A stretch of DNA of 64,000 nucleotides from Bacteroidia bacterium (GCA_965216465.1 CBDCFW010000006.1:896001-960000); one strand, 5' to 3'; counted from the first letter of the stretch, positions 48,383 to 58,561 are shown. The notes: generated by a model from the sequence alone, not told the origin. Translations and numbers: made by a program.

Positions 48383-48979
48383 TCAGCTTCTTGCAAATTG
48401 AAGTAACTGATTGCAGTTTCCTTTGTCTGCTTGTTTGAGAGAATGGATGTAGTGCTGGCGTTGATTTGCTGAAGTATTCAGGTTTTTAAGTCCCCAAGTA
48501 AATACGGGTTTCTTAAAAATATGACTAATAATGATATCGGCCATCAATCTTGAATGACGGCCATTTCCATTTGGGAATGGGTGAATTGAAACTAACCTAT
48601 GTTTGAATCTTATGGCTAATTCATCTGCTAAGAATGTATTGTTATTCTTCCAAAAAATACAATCCTCAATTAAAGTTCTGAGCTCAACTGGAATTAGATA
48701 ATGATTGACACCGATGTTTTTTTGTGTGAGTCTGAATTTTCCTGCCCAAACCCAAACTTCATCAAACATTTTTCTGTGAACTTGTTTAATAAAATCTTCA
48801 GATAAAATTTCTTTATCTGAAAATCTTCTTTTTAAGGACCATGCAATTGCTTTCTCTACATTCTGTTGCTCAAGCTCGTTAAGCTCAGATTGTGTGCTAA
48901 TCGAATTAATTTTAAGATCATTTAGTTCATTTGTTTCTATAGGGGTTTGTCCATAATCATATTTTAGAGCTAATCCCAT
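48383..48979 (-). CDS. mobile mystery protein B (Fic domain)
   Basis: YGQTP, ELNELEQQN, HRLVSIHPFPNGNGRHSR. Confidence 0.88.
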   Translation of the reverse strand: MGLALKYDYGQTPIETNELNDLKINSISTQSELNELEQQNVEKAIAWSLKRRFSDKEILSEDFIKQVHRKMFDEVWVWAGKFRLTQKNIGVNHYLIPVELRTLIEDCIFWKNNNTFLADELAIRFKHRLVSIHPFPNGNGRHSRLMADIIISHIFKKPVFTWGLKNLNTSANQRQHYIHSLKQADKGNCNQLLQFARS

Positions 48980-49428
48980 AGGTTTCTTGGCATTTGACGA
49001 ATAATTTCTTCTGTACGCTCCTTAATAGCTTGGGCTATTCGATCTTCAGAATTTTCTTGGCCTTCAAGTTTCATGGTTTGTGATGAGCGCAAAACAATCT
49101 CTTCTGCTAATGTCTTGGCTTGTTTCTTAATTATTTTTTGAACGGAACCATCGTTAGGATAAAACCCGTAGTAAAATGTCATGTTCATGGCTTGAGCAAT
49201 CTTATCCATGTTTTTCAAGGAAATTGAACCGTTATATTCAGATTTTTCAAACTGGCTTAATGATTGGGGCGAAATACTCAGTCTCTCGCCAAGTTGCCTC
49301 ATAGACATCCCAAGCAAATTACGGATAGAAGAAATCCATCTTCCTGTTAAACCAAGCGACAGGGGAACTGAGGGTTTCACTTGTTTTAGCCTAGCATCCA
49401 TTTGATGTATAGCGAGCTTGTTTTTCAT
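48970..49428 (-). CDS. mobile mystery protein A (XRE HTH)
   Basis: WISSIRNLLGMS..QLG.RL, EKSE, TMKLEGQ, LWD; overlaps the Fic gene. Confidence 0.88.
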   Translation of the reverse strand: MKNKLAIHQMDARLKQVKPSVPLSLGLTGRWISSIRNLLGMSMRQLGERLSISPQSLSQFEKSEYNGSISLKNMDKIAQAMNMTFYYGFYPNDGSVQKIIKKQAKTLAEEIVLRSSQTMKLEGQENSEDRIAQAIKERTEEIIRQMPRNLWD

Positions 49429-49431
49429 AAT

Positions 49432-49489
49432 TATAAATAAATATATATAAAATTAAAATTCAAATATAAATAAATATATTTAAAATTAA
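49432..49489. repeat. 25-bp direct repeat pair upstream of mobile mystery A
   Basis: TATAAATAAATATATWTAAAATTAA at 49432 and 49465, one mismatch. Confidence 0.65.
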
Positions 49490-50178
49490 GCTTTTACTAT
49501 GTAAATAACCGGACGCTTATGAAGATTAACATCAGAGGGCTTCCAATCTTTTACAAGCTTTGAAATGATCTGCTCCGATTTTGTTTCGATATCAGCAGCA
49601 ACACAAAGTATGGTATCATTTTGCAAGTTTTTAATCAGAAAGTCTAAAAACTGATTGTTGCGGTATGGAGCTTCCATAAAAATTTGAGAAGATTTACGAG
49701 CTTCAACTTCGAGCTGTTTCAACTTTTTAACTCTTTCTCTAGCATCTATCGGAAGGTAGCCGTGAAAGGCAAATCGTTGTCCGTCCATACCACTTGCCAT
49801 CAGAGCGAGAAAGATCGATGAGCTACCTGATAATGGGACAACTTGAACTCCTTTTTTGTGTGCGTATTTAACAACTTCACTTCCTGGGTCGGCAATAGCG
49901 GGTAAACCGGCTTCCGATAGCAGCCCTATTGATGATCCAATATTTTTATCGAAGAATGATCTAAACCCTATATAGTTGTTGTGCTTATCGAGCTCTGCAA
50001 ATTCAAAATCGCTTTGAGGGGTTGGGTGATCAATTGCTTTCAAAAATGCTCTGGCTGTTTTCTCACGCTCTACAATGAAATGCTTGATTTCATAAACATG
50101 TTTTAACGTCCGTTCAGGAAGGTATTCCTTTGAGAAAACACCAATGAAGTTTGGAACAAGGTACAATGCAGAATCCAC
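49486..50178 (-). CDS. RsmI-like tetrapyrrole-methylase family SAM methyltransferase
   Basis: SEAGLPAIADPG, ALMASG, FHGYLP, EAPYRN. Confidence 0.88.
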   Translation of the reverse strand: MDSALYLVPNFIGVFSKEYLPERTLKHVYEIKHFIVEREKTARAFLKAIDHPTPQSDFEFAELDKHNNYIGFRSFFDKNIGSSIGLLSEAGLPAIADPGSEVVKYAHKKGVQVVPLSGSSSIFLALMASGMDGQRFAFHGYLPIDARERVKKLKQLEVEARKSSQIFMEAPYRNNQFLDFLIKNLQNDTILCVAADIETKSEQIISKLVKDWKPSDVNLHKRPVIYIVKA

Positions 50179-50242
50179 GTTGCAATATTAAAACTTATCT
50201 CGCCGTTATGTAAAAGTAAGATTTGATTAACGACAATAACCT

Positions 50243-50866
50243 ATGAATGTAAGAAAGATTTTAGCGATTTGGGCCCTGGGATTGTTCGGACTTGCAGTAG
50301 TTGCTAGCACGACTTCCATAACCACTAAGAAAAAGGCTGAAGATTGGCAAAATGGGGATATCGTTTTTCAAGATTCTGAATCCGTTCAGAGTGAGGCAAT
50401 CAAGCTTGCTACCAATTCGAATTTTAGTCATTGTGGTATAGTCTTTAACCTAAACGATAAATGGATGGTGCTCGAAGCTGTTCAACCTGTTAGAGTTATA
50501 GCGATTGAAGATTGGATTGCTCAGGGATCAGGAGGGAACTACACTAAGAAAAGACTCAAAGATCCAGAATTACTCACCAGGTCGGTTGAAGCAAAGATGT
50601 GGAGTGTTGGCGAATCCTTTTTGAACAAAAACTATGATATTCATTTCAATTGGAGCGATGAACGAATCTACTGCAGTGAACTGGTTTGGAAGATCTACAA
50701 TCGAGGCTTGGGCGTTGAATTGGGCAAACCTAAATCGTTGAAAAAGTACAATTTAGAGCATAAACTTGTTCAAGAACAATTGAAATTACGCTACGGTGCT
50801 GACATTCCACTTAATGAGAAAATGATCTCACCTCAAGACATTTTTGAGAGCGAACTTTTAGAGTAA
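50243..50866 (+). CDS. YiiX/YebB permuted papain-like NlpC/P60 enzyme
   Basis: GDIVFQ, SHCGI, EAVQPV, IYCSELVWK. Confidence 0.9.
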   Translation: MNVRKILAIWALGLFGLAVVASTTSITTKKKAEDWQNGDIVFQDSESVQSEAIKLATNSNFSHCGIVFNLNDKWMVLEAVQPVRVIAIEDWIAQGSGGNYTKKRLKDPELLTRSVEAKMWSVGESFLNKNYDIHFNWSDERIYCSELVWKIYNRGLGVELGKPKSLKKYNLEHKLVQEQLKLRYGADIPLNEKMISPQDIFESELLE

Positions 50867-50877
50867 AACAGCCTATA

Positions 50878-51567
50878 CTAATCTTTATCTGCTTGAGTTA
50901 AGCTGTCAAAAATCCAAAGGGTTGAAAACAGCATTGAAAAAGCATAGCCAATGTCTTCTATGGGAATAGTTAAAATTCGAATTCCCATATTCTCGGCATT
51001 ATTATACCATACTACCTCCTCTGCAATCCACGAGCCTGTGAGAAGACCATTAACCACAAAGAAGGGTATGAGTATAACTAGAAATGAAACATAAAATCTG
51101 CTCAACTCGTTAAGTTTATAATATAAACCACCTCCCAAGATTAAGAGAAGTAATACATAATTTACGGTGGTATAAAGCTTACCAAAGTTGATGATTAACA
51201 ATATCGCTACTACACCCAGTATTAGTCCTGTTATTAAGCGGGTATAGCGTTCGTGCAACTTCACATCGGGTAGAAACCGTTCGAAACTGTAATGTATAAA
51301 CAGGCTAGCGAAGGGGATGCAGAAAAAGAATAGAACTTCTTCTAGGGGTAAGTTTACCAAATTTATTCCTATCAGGTAGTTAGGATTAAAGCCCCACACT
51401 CCAATTTTTGTAAATAGAACATCCCAAACTATAAATACGGCTGCTGTAATTGCCATGGCAAGAAAAAACTTCTTCCAACGCGTGATCATGCGCATACGAA
51501 AGAGCAGAGCAAAAATCAATGGAAGAGCAACTGAAAATATATTAATCAGGAGGTATAACCATTTCAT
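50878..51567 (-). CDS. crtY: membrane lycopene cyclase (CrtYcd-type)
   Basis: two PLEE/PIED cyclase repeats; within crt cluster. Confidence 0.88.
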   Translation of the reverse strand: MKWLYLLINIFSVALPLIFALLFRMRMITRWKKFFLAMAITAAVFIVWDVLFTKIGVWGFNPNYLIGINLVNLPLEEVLFFFCIPFASLFIHYSFERFLPDVKLHERYTRLITGLILGVVAILLIINFGKLYTTVNYVLLLLILGGGLYYKLNELSRFYVSFLVILIPFFVVNGLLTGSWIAEEVVWYNNAENMGIRILTIPIEDIGYAFSMLFSTLWIFDSLTQADKD

Positions 51568-52022
51568 ATGTTAAAAAATCGTTTAGGGACCCAAAGCATT
51601 CCAAAACACTCCCCGTCTTCTTTCCCGAGATGTTTGTGATGAACTTTGTGGGCTTTTCTTAGGCCGATAAGGTAGGCATTTTTAGTTTTTTTAAACCACT
51701 TGAAGCGTTGATGAATTAGAACATCATGAATTAAGAAATAGGCTATGCCATAGCATAAAATACCTAGTCCAATGAAGAACATAAAGTTCAATTCAGGGGT
51801 AAATCCAAAATAGAACAACGCAATGCTTGGTATAGCGAAGATGAGAAAAAACAGATCGTTTTTCTCAAAAACTGAAGTGTATCGTGGTTGATGATGATCT
51901 TCGTGCAAGACCCACAAGAGTCCATGCATAACGTATTTATGTGTAAGCCAAGTAATGACTTCCATAGTTAAAAAAGTGAGCACCGAAACGGTGAAATAGA
52001 ATAGTGCAGTCAAAAGTGTCAT
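51564..52022 (-). CDS. crtZ: beta-carotene hydroxylase
   Basis: HKYVMHG, HEDHH, FEKND, HDVLIHQR, HKVHH. Confidence 0.93.
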   Translation of the reverse strand: MTLLTALFYFTVSVLTFLTMEVITWLTHKYVMHGLLWVLHEDHHQPRYTSVFEKNDLFFLIFAIPSIALFYFGFTPELNFMFFIGLGILCYGIAYFLIHDVLIHQRFKWFKKTKNAYLIGLRKAHKVHHKHLGKEDGECFGMLWVPKRFFNI

Positions 52023-52453
52023 AGTGATGTGTTTTGTTTAATGTATTGATCAAGATAGGCTAGCGAACGGTCTTTTCCCAACTTGGATTTCAAGAATGTT
52101 TTGTCTGCTTTTATTATGTCGTCGTCTGACAAAAATGAAGGCAATTGTTCTTGAGTAAATAGTCGAACATATCGTGCATGTATATTGTTGGGATTGCTGT
52201 TCACCAACGCATTTAGTTTGTCATTGTATTTGTTGAAAGTTTTAAGCTTCGTAGCAGGGTTATAGGAATATTCTGCCTGCTTCATCTGGATGGAATAAAC
52301 ATATCCCAGATAACTGGCAGAAGAATATGATTTATACTTTTCAATAAATGCAAGTTCTTCTTTTTTATTCTTTAAACCGTGGTATTCTACAACTACGGTT
52401 TTTACACTTGTATTGCTACTGAAAAGCCACAATATGAATGATAAAATTAGCAT
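52019..52453 (-). CDS. hypothetical secreted protein within crt cluster
   Basis: signal-like N-terminus, R..R..Q.P.FL motif; overlaps both neighbours. Confidence 0.65.
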   Translation of the reverse strand: MLILSFILWLFSSNTSVKTVVVEYHGLKNKKEELAFIEKYKSYSSASYLGYVYSIQMKQAEYSYNPATKLKTFNKYNDKLNALVNSNPNNIHARYVRLFTQEQLPSFLSDDDIIKADKTFLKSKLGKDRSLAYLDQYIKQNTSL

Positions 52454-53292
52454 TATAGTACATTTAAGCCCAAGCGCACTTCAGAATCTAAAAGTACAAA
52501 TAGTTTGGTTGCATTGTTTACGCGAATTCGCGTTTGTAAGATATGTTGCGGTTCTGTTTGTTCAAGTTTCTTGAAAAGCTTGAGGTAGTAACGATAGGCT
52601 ACATATACACCCTTTCTTGCTGATGTTGGAAGTTGAGCGATCCCTTTATATGCTTCTTCAAAATCTTCACGAATCTCAGATACTATCATTGATTTTTGCT
52701 CTTGACTCATAGCATGAAGATCTAAGTTTGGGAAATAAGATCTATTCAATACTTCAGCGTCGTTTCTCAAATCGCGTAAGAAATTTACCTTTTGAAACGC
52801 CGAACCAAGACGCATTGCAGGTGCTTTTAATCTTTGGTACTCTGCTTCATTTCCCTTTACAAAAACTTTTAGGCACATCAAGCCAACCACATCTGCTGAA
52901 CCGTAAATGTATTTTGCTAGTTCTTCAGTGGATGTGTAATTGGTTTTGTGTAAATCTGCTCGCATGCTATCTAAGAAGGCTTGAACCAAATCAGGAGTGA
53001 TATTACACTCATTAACCGTTTGCTGAAATGCATGAATAACCGGATTGATACTTAAACCATGCTGCACAGCTTGGTGATAATCTGCCTCAAATTGGTTAAG
53101 TAAGTGCTCTTGCGGATAATCATGAAATGTATCTACGATTTCATCTGCAAGTCGAACAAAGCCATAGATATTATAGATGTGTTGACGAATATCAGACGAA
53201 AGCAGTTTTACCGCCAAAGAAAATGAAGTGCTGTATTGTTTGGTTATGGTCTGTGCACTTTCTGCTGAAATGTTGTCGTATAGGTGTTTCAT
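52453..53292 (-). CDS. crtB: phytoene synthase
   Basis: YSTSF, RLADEIVD, SADVVGLM, FQKVNFLRD. Confidence 0.95.
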   Translation of the reverse strand: MKHLYDNISAESAQTITKQYSTSFSLAVKLLSSDIRQHIYNIYGFVRLADEIVDTFHDYPQEHLLNQFEADYHQAVQHGLSINPVIHAFQQTVNECNITPDLVQAFLDSMRADLHKTNYTSTEELAKYIYGSADVVGLMCLKVFVKGNEAEYQRLKAPAMRLGSAFQKVNFLRDLRNDAEVLNRSYFPNLDLHAMSQEQKSMIVSEIREDFEEAYKGIAQLPTSARKGVYVAYRYYLKLFKKLEQTEPQHILQTRIRVNNATKLFVLLDSEVRLGLNVL

Positions 53293-54752
53293 ATGATGTG
53301 GTTTACAATTTGTTGAGATGCGATCTTCCCGGATATTAATGCTGGAGGAACTCCAGGTCCTGGCACAGTCAGCTGCCCAGTAAAGTACAGGTGATCAACT
53401 TTTTTACTTTTTATTTTAGGTCGCATAAATGCGGTTTGCTTTAGGGTATTTGCCAATCCATAGGCATTTCCTTTAAACGAGTTGTAGTCAGAAATGAAAT
53501 CATTAACACAGTATGATTTGCTAAAAAGAATGTGTTCTCGAATTGGTGTTTTAAGAAGTCGCTCCATTCGCTGTATTATCATTTCTAAATAGTGCTTTCT
53601 CATTTCTTCGGTGTCGGTTAAGCCAGGAGCTATTGGAATTAGAAAGGTTGCAGCTTCCTTGCCATCAGGAGCGAGACTTGTATCAGTTTTACTCGCGAAA
53701 CTGGCATAGAACATAGGTTCTTCTGGCCATTCGATTGTATCGTAAATAGAGTTGGCGTGTACATCAAAGTCCGTGTCAAAAAACAAGGTGTGATGTGATA
53801 CTCCTTCAATCTTCTTATCAAAACCAACATATAGGAGTAGCGAGGATGGAGCAAAAGTTTTTTTGTTCCAGTATTTTTCATTGTATTGCCTTTGATGAAC
53901 GTCTAATAGTTGTTCAGTGTGATGGTAATCTGCACCGCTTAAAACATAATTAGCCAATCGTTCTTCGCCATTAATCTGAAGGCCATATGCGATGTTATCT
54001 TGAACCAAGATTTTCTCGACATTTGCGTTGGTTTCAAATCTTACCCCGAGAGATCTTGCCAGTTCAACCATAGCGTCAACAACTTTGCCCATTCCTCCCT
54101 CCGGATGCCAAGTCCCCAAACCAAAATCGGCCCAATTCATGAAATTGTATAGCGATGGAGTTTGATTTGGCTTTGCTCCTAGAAATAAAACAGGGAATTC
54201 CAGTATTTTAATTAACCGATCACTTTTTATATGCTTTCGAATGTCTTTGCTGATATTACCAAAAACTTGATTAATAAGTCCTACAGTTTTTGGAGTTATG
54301 AGCTCAAGAGGTGAATTGCCTGGTTTGTACACGAGGTCTTCTATGGCGACTTGATAGTTTTTCTTAGCCGAATTTAGAAAGCGTTTAAGATGAATAGAGC
54401 TACCAGGCTCTTCCTGCTCAAAAATTTCGATAATTTCCTCCAAACTCCCAGGAATAGTGATGCTGTCATCTTGATCAAAATAGACCTGGTAAGCGGGGTC
54501 AAGTCGGTTGAGTTGGTAGAAGTCACTTGGTTTAAGGTTAAAATCTGCAAAGAAGCGTTCAAAAACGTCTGGCATCCAATACCAAGTTGGTCCCATATCG
54601 AAGGTGAACCCATCTTGGGTAAAGACTTGAGCACGACCACCGAGGTGACCGTTTTTTTCAAATACAATCACGTCATATCCTGCTTGAGCAAGGTAACATG
54701 CCGACGATAATGATGAAAATCCACTACCAACAATATTTACGGTTTGTTTCAT
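53289..54752 (-). CDS. crtI: phytoene desaturase
   Basis: GSGFSSL FAD motif, FDMGPTWYWM, GQLTVPGPGVPP. Confidence 0.93.
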   Translation of the reverse strand: MKQTVNIVGSGFSSLSSACYLAQAGYDVIVFEKNGHLGGRAQVFTQDGFTFDMGPTWYWMPDVFERFFADFNLKPSDFYQLNRLDPAYQVYFDQDDSITIPGSLEEIIEIFEQEEPGSSIHLKRFLNSAKKNYQVAIEDLVYKPGNSPLELITPKTVGLINQVFGNISKDIRKHIKSDRLIKILEFPVLFLGAKPNQTPSLYNFMNWADFGLGTWHPEGGMGKVVDAMVELARSLGVRFETNANVEKILVQDNIAYGLQINGEERLANYVLSGADYHHTEQLLDVHQRQYNEKYWNKKTFAPSSLLLYVGFDKKIEGVSHHTLFFDTDFDVHANSIYDTIEWPEEPMFYASFASKTDTSLAPDGKEAATFLIPIAPGLTDTEEMRKHYLEMIIQRMERLLKTPIREHILFSKSYCVNDFISDYNSFKGNAYGLANTLKQTAFMRPKIKSKKVDHLYFTGQLTVPGPGVPPALISGKIASQQIVNHII

Positions 54753-54868
54753 TTTGTTTAAAATTTTAACAAAAAGATTAAACAAAAGTTTGGTTGAATA
54801 AAGATTTTTTTTTGAAATCATGGTTTAGAAGCAGACTTGAAATTGAAAATCAGCATAATTTCGCAGCA

Positions 54869-56908
54869 ATGCAGGCACCTATTGCTAAGAAGGTCGCAAA
54901 GACCTTAACTATTCACAATGATGATAGAATAGATAATTATTATTGGTTAAATGATCGTGAGGATGCTGAGGTTATTGATTACCTCAATAAAGAAAATGAA
55001 TATACATCTCGTTGTATGGCACCTACTGAGAAGCTTCAGGAGAATCTATACGATGAAATTGTTGGTAGGATAAAGAAAGACGACGAATCTGTTCCTTATA
55101 AAAAGAATGGATACTGGTATTACACGCGCTATGAAAAAGGAGGTGAGTATCCTATTTACTGTCGAAAAAAAGAAAGCATGGAGGCAAACGAGGAAATTAT
55201 GCTTAACGTGAATAAGCTTGCTGCAGACTATGCCTATTATAAAGTTGGTGGGATGGGAGTTAGTCCAGATAATACAATGCTTGTTTATGGTGAAGACACA
55301 GTTAGTAGAAGAATTTATAGTCTAAAACTCAAGAGTCTGGTTACGGGCGAATACTTTGATTTTGAAGTTAGCGGAACTACAGGTTCAGCTTGTTGGGCAA
55401 ATGACAACGAGACTTTGTACTATACTGAGAAAGACGAACAGACATTACGCTCGTTTAAAATCAAGTCGATTAATATTCGAACGAAGGAGGAGCGAGTTCA
55501 CTTTGTTGAAGAAGATGAAGCTTTTTATTGTGGAGTTTATAAAAGTAAAAGTAGAGACTACATCATCATATCTTCTGGAAGTACGCTTACTTCAGAGTTT
55601 CATACCCTATCAGCAAATGAGCCAGAAGGGAGTTTTGAGGTGTTTCAACCCCGAATTCGTGAAATGGAATACACCATTAGCCACTACAATGATAAGTGGT
55701 ATGTAATGACCAATTGGGAAGCTCAAAATTTTAGATTGATGACTGCTAAGCTTGGGAAATCGAGTAGAGAAGATTGGGTAGAGGTTATAGCACATCGTGA
55801 TAAAACTTTGTTGGAAGGCATCGAAATTTTCAAGGATTACTTGGTGGTAGAAGAAAAGACAAACGGGCAGAATCAAATGCGTGTGATTAATGTAAAAACG
55901 AACGATGAGTACTATATGCAATTTGACTCTGAGACGTATGACGTTTGGGCGGGGGTTAATCCTGAGTTTGACACTGAAGTACTTCGTTTTGGCTACACCA
56001 GCATGACCACTCCTTCGTCTGTTTTAGAGATGAATATGCGAACCCAAGAACGCAAGCTGCTAAAGCAACATGAAATAGTTGGCGGATATGATGAAGACCT
56101 ATACACCTCAAAAAGACTATGGGCAACAGCGAGAGACGGGGCAAAAGTTCCTATGAGTATGGTTTATCGTAAAGATAAATTTGATGAGAATGGAACAAAT
56201 CCACTGCTGTTATATGCTTATGGAAGTTACGGACATTCAATCGACCCCTATTTTAGCTCAATTCGATTGAGTTTGCTTGACCGTGGGTTCGTTTATGTTA
56301 TAACCCACATTCGTGGGGGTGAAGATTTAGGAAGAGCGTGGTACGAAGACGGAAAGCTCTTGAATAAAAAGAATACCTTTTATGATTTCATAGATAGTGC
56401 AGAATTCCTAATTGAAGAAGGATATACAACCAAACAAAAACTATACGCCATGGGTGGGAGTGCGGGAGGTTTATTGATGGGAGCTGTTATTAATTTCAGA
56501 CCTGATCTTTGGAAAGGTGTAATTGCAGCAGTTCCTTTTGTTGATGTTGTAACGACAATGTTAGATGAAACCATTCCATTAACAACAGGAGAGTACGACG
56601 AATGGGGAAATCCCAACAATGAAGAGTATTACAAGTATATTAAGAGTTATTCGCCATACGATAATGTAGAAGCAAAAGAGTATCCTAACTTGCTGGTAAC
56701 TACAGGTTTGCACGATAGTCAGGTGCAATATTGGGAGCCAGCCAAATGGGTGGCAAAATTGCGAGACCATAAAACGGATGACAATCTATTACTTCTTCAT
56801 TGCAATATGGAAACAGGACATGGTGGTGCGAGTGGAAGATTTTCTGTTCATAAAGAAACAGCCATGGAATACGCTTTTCTATTAATGGTTGAAGGAATTG
56901 ATAAATAA
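54869..56908 (+). CDS. ptrB: oligopeptidase B (peptidase S9A)
   Basis: DNYYWL, GGSAGG nucleophile, DSQVQYWEPAKW, GHGGASGR. Confidence 0.93.
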   Translation: MQAPIAKKVAKTLTIHNDDRIDNYYWLNDREDAEVIDYLNKENEYTSRCMAPTEKLQENLYDEIVGRIKKDDESVPYKKNGYWYYTRYEKGGEYPIYCRKKESMEANEEIMLNVNKLAADYAYYKVGGMGVSPDNTMLVYGEDTVSRRIYSLKLKSLVTGEYFDFEVSGTTGSACWANDNETLYYTEKDEQTLRSFKIKSINIRTKEERVHFVEEDEAFYCGVYKSKSRDYIIISSGSTLTSEFHTLSANEPEGSFEVFQPRIREMEYTISHYNDKWYVMTNWEAQNFRLMTAKLGKSSREDWVEVIAHRDKTLLEGIEIFKDYLVVEEKTNGQNQMRVINVKTNDEYYMQFDSETYDVWAGVNPEFDTEVLRFGYTSMTTPSSVLEMNMRTQERKLLKQHEIVGGYDEDLYTSKRLWATARDGAKVPMSMVYRKDKFDENGTNPLLLYAYGSYGHSIDPYFSSIRLSLLDRGFVYVITHIRGGEDLGRAWYEDGKLLNKKNTFYDFIDSAEFLIEEGYTTKQKLYAMGGSAGGLLMGAVINFRPDLWKGVIAAVPFVDVVTTMLDETIPLTTGEYDEWGNPNNEEYYKYIKSYSPYDNVEAKEYPNLLVTTGLHDSQVQYWEPAKWVAKLRDHKTDDNLLLLHCNMETGHGGASGRFSVHKETAMEYAFLLMVEGIDK

Positions 56909-56942
56909 CATGACTTTCTTTGTGGAACGACATAATCTAAGT

Positions 56943-57560
56943 ATGAAAAATATAGTTCTAATCGTCATTTTTTTTGCATTTGGATGTAACAGCAATTCCT
57001 CTAACGATAATTCACATCTCAGATCCCCCCAATATCCTAATGATTATGTAAAAAAAGTACTTCGCTATCAAGATAGTTTTAGCGTGGCCTATGCCTCAGG
57101 TTCAAATGGTATTTTGCTGCCCGAAGATATTTCTCCTGAAACTAAGCTAGATTTCTACCTGCCAAAAGAAAACTATAGGGTGAAAGCTAGTTTTGAGCGT
57201 ATTATTGATGGCGAGGTGTTTGAGATGCCAACTTCAACTGAAAGGCTGCCAAAATACCGACCATTTGGTAAGTTTCATTTTTTACTCAATGCTGAAGAAT
57301 TAGAGCTTACGCTATACCAAAGTTTGGATCATCCTGAATATTTATTTTGCCCTTTCAAAGATTTAACGAACGGGGAGACTACTTATGGAGCTGGAAGATA
57401 CCTTGACTTTGAAATGAGCGACACTTTAGATCCGGTAATTGATTTTAACTATTGCTACAATCCACTTTGTGCCTATAACTATAAATATTCATGCCCGATT
57501 CCGCCTGCTGAGAATCATTTAAATGTTAAGATAGAGGCAGGAATAAAGAAGTGGCACTAA
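56943..57560 (+). CDS. DUF1684 family lipoprotein
   Basis: lipobox FGC; PFKDLTNG.TYGAGRY; DFNYCYNP.CAY..CP.PP. Confidence 0.88.
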   Translation: MKNIVLIVIFFAFGCNSNSSNDNSHLRSPQYPNDYVKKVLRYQDSFSVAYASGSNGILLPEDISPETKLDFYLPKENYRVKASFERIIDGEVFEMPTSTERLPKYRPFGKFHFLLNAEELELTLYQSLDHPEYLFCPFKDLTNGETTYGAGRYLDFEMSDTLDPVIDFNYCYNPLCAYNYKYSCPIPPAENHLNVKIEAGIKKWH

Positions 57561-57596
57561 ATCTCACTTGAATTGCTACTTTTGCAGCTATTAATA

Positions 57597-58559
57597 ATGG
57601 CTGAAAAGATACTTGTTTTAGGTGCCTGTGGTCAAGTTGGAACGGAATTGGTTGAGAACCTACAATCCATCTATGGCCCATCTTCAATAGTTGCTAGCGA
57701 CATTCGAACTTCCGACAATCCAGTTTTTGAAAATTCAGAATTTGAGATGCTTGATGTCTTAGATAAGAAGAGAATTGCGGAAGTGTTTACGAAACATAAA
57801 CCAACTATCGTTTATCACCTTGCAGCATTGCTTTCTGCTACCGCGGAGCAAAATCCTAAATTTGGCTGGGAGCTGAATATGGATGGTACATTTAACATCT
57901 TTGATGCCTGCCTAGAGTTTGGAGTGAAGCGCATTTTCTGGCCAAGTTCAATTGCAGTATTTGGTCCAACTACTCCAAGAGTAAATACCCCTCAAAGCAC
58001 TATTTTAGAGCCCAATACGATTTACGGAATAACTAAACTTGCTGGAGAACGTTATTGTGAATACTATCACAATCGCTATGGGTTAGATGTGAGAAGTATT
58101 CGATATCCTGGCCTTATCGGATGGAAATCTTTGCCTGGAGGAGGAACTACTGATTACGCTGTAGATATATTTCATCAGGCACTTAAGTCGAACAGCTATG
58201 AATGCTTTCTAACCGAAGGTACAACCTTGCCAATGATGCATATGGCCGATGCGGTTAGAGCAACAATTGAAATTACAGATGCTGACTCATCTCTAATTAA
58301 AGTAAGAAGCAGCTACAACATTGCAGGTGTATCCTTTAATCCGGCAGAATTATCTGATGCCATTCGCGTGCATATGCCAGAGTTCAACATTACTTACAAT
58401 CCAGATCATCGCCAAAAAATTGCGAGCAGCTGGCCACAAAGTATTGATGACTCTGTTGCGAGAGCCGATTGGGGTTGGAAAGAAGAATACAACCTTGAGA
58501 ATCTTGTTAAAGACATGCTCTCCAATCTGAGAAGCTCCTACACCAATACACAAAACTAA
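57597..58559 (+). CDS. SDR-type L-threonine 3-dehydrogenase / NAD-dependent epimerase
   Basis: GACGQVG, HLAALLSA, PSSIAVFG, YGITK, GGGTTDYA. Confidence 0.85.
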   Translation: MAEKILVLGACGQVGTELVENLQSIYGPSSIVASDIRTSDNPVFENSEFEMLDVLDKKRIAEVFTKHKPTIVYHLAALLSATAEQNPKFGWELNMDGTFNIFDACLEFGVKRIFWPSSIAVFGPTTPRVNTPQSTILEPNTIYGITKLAGERYCEYYHNRYGLDVRSIRYPGLIGWKSLPGGGTTDYAVDIFHQALKSNSYECFLTEGTTLPMMHMADAVRATIEITDADSSLIKVRSSYNIAGVSFNPAELSDAIRVHMPEFNITYNPDHRQKIASSWPQSIDDSVARADWGWKEEYNLENLVKDMLSNLRSSYTNTQN

Positions 58560-58561
58560 TT

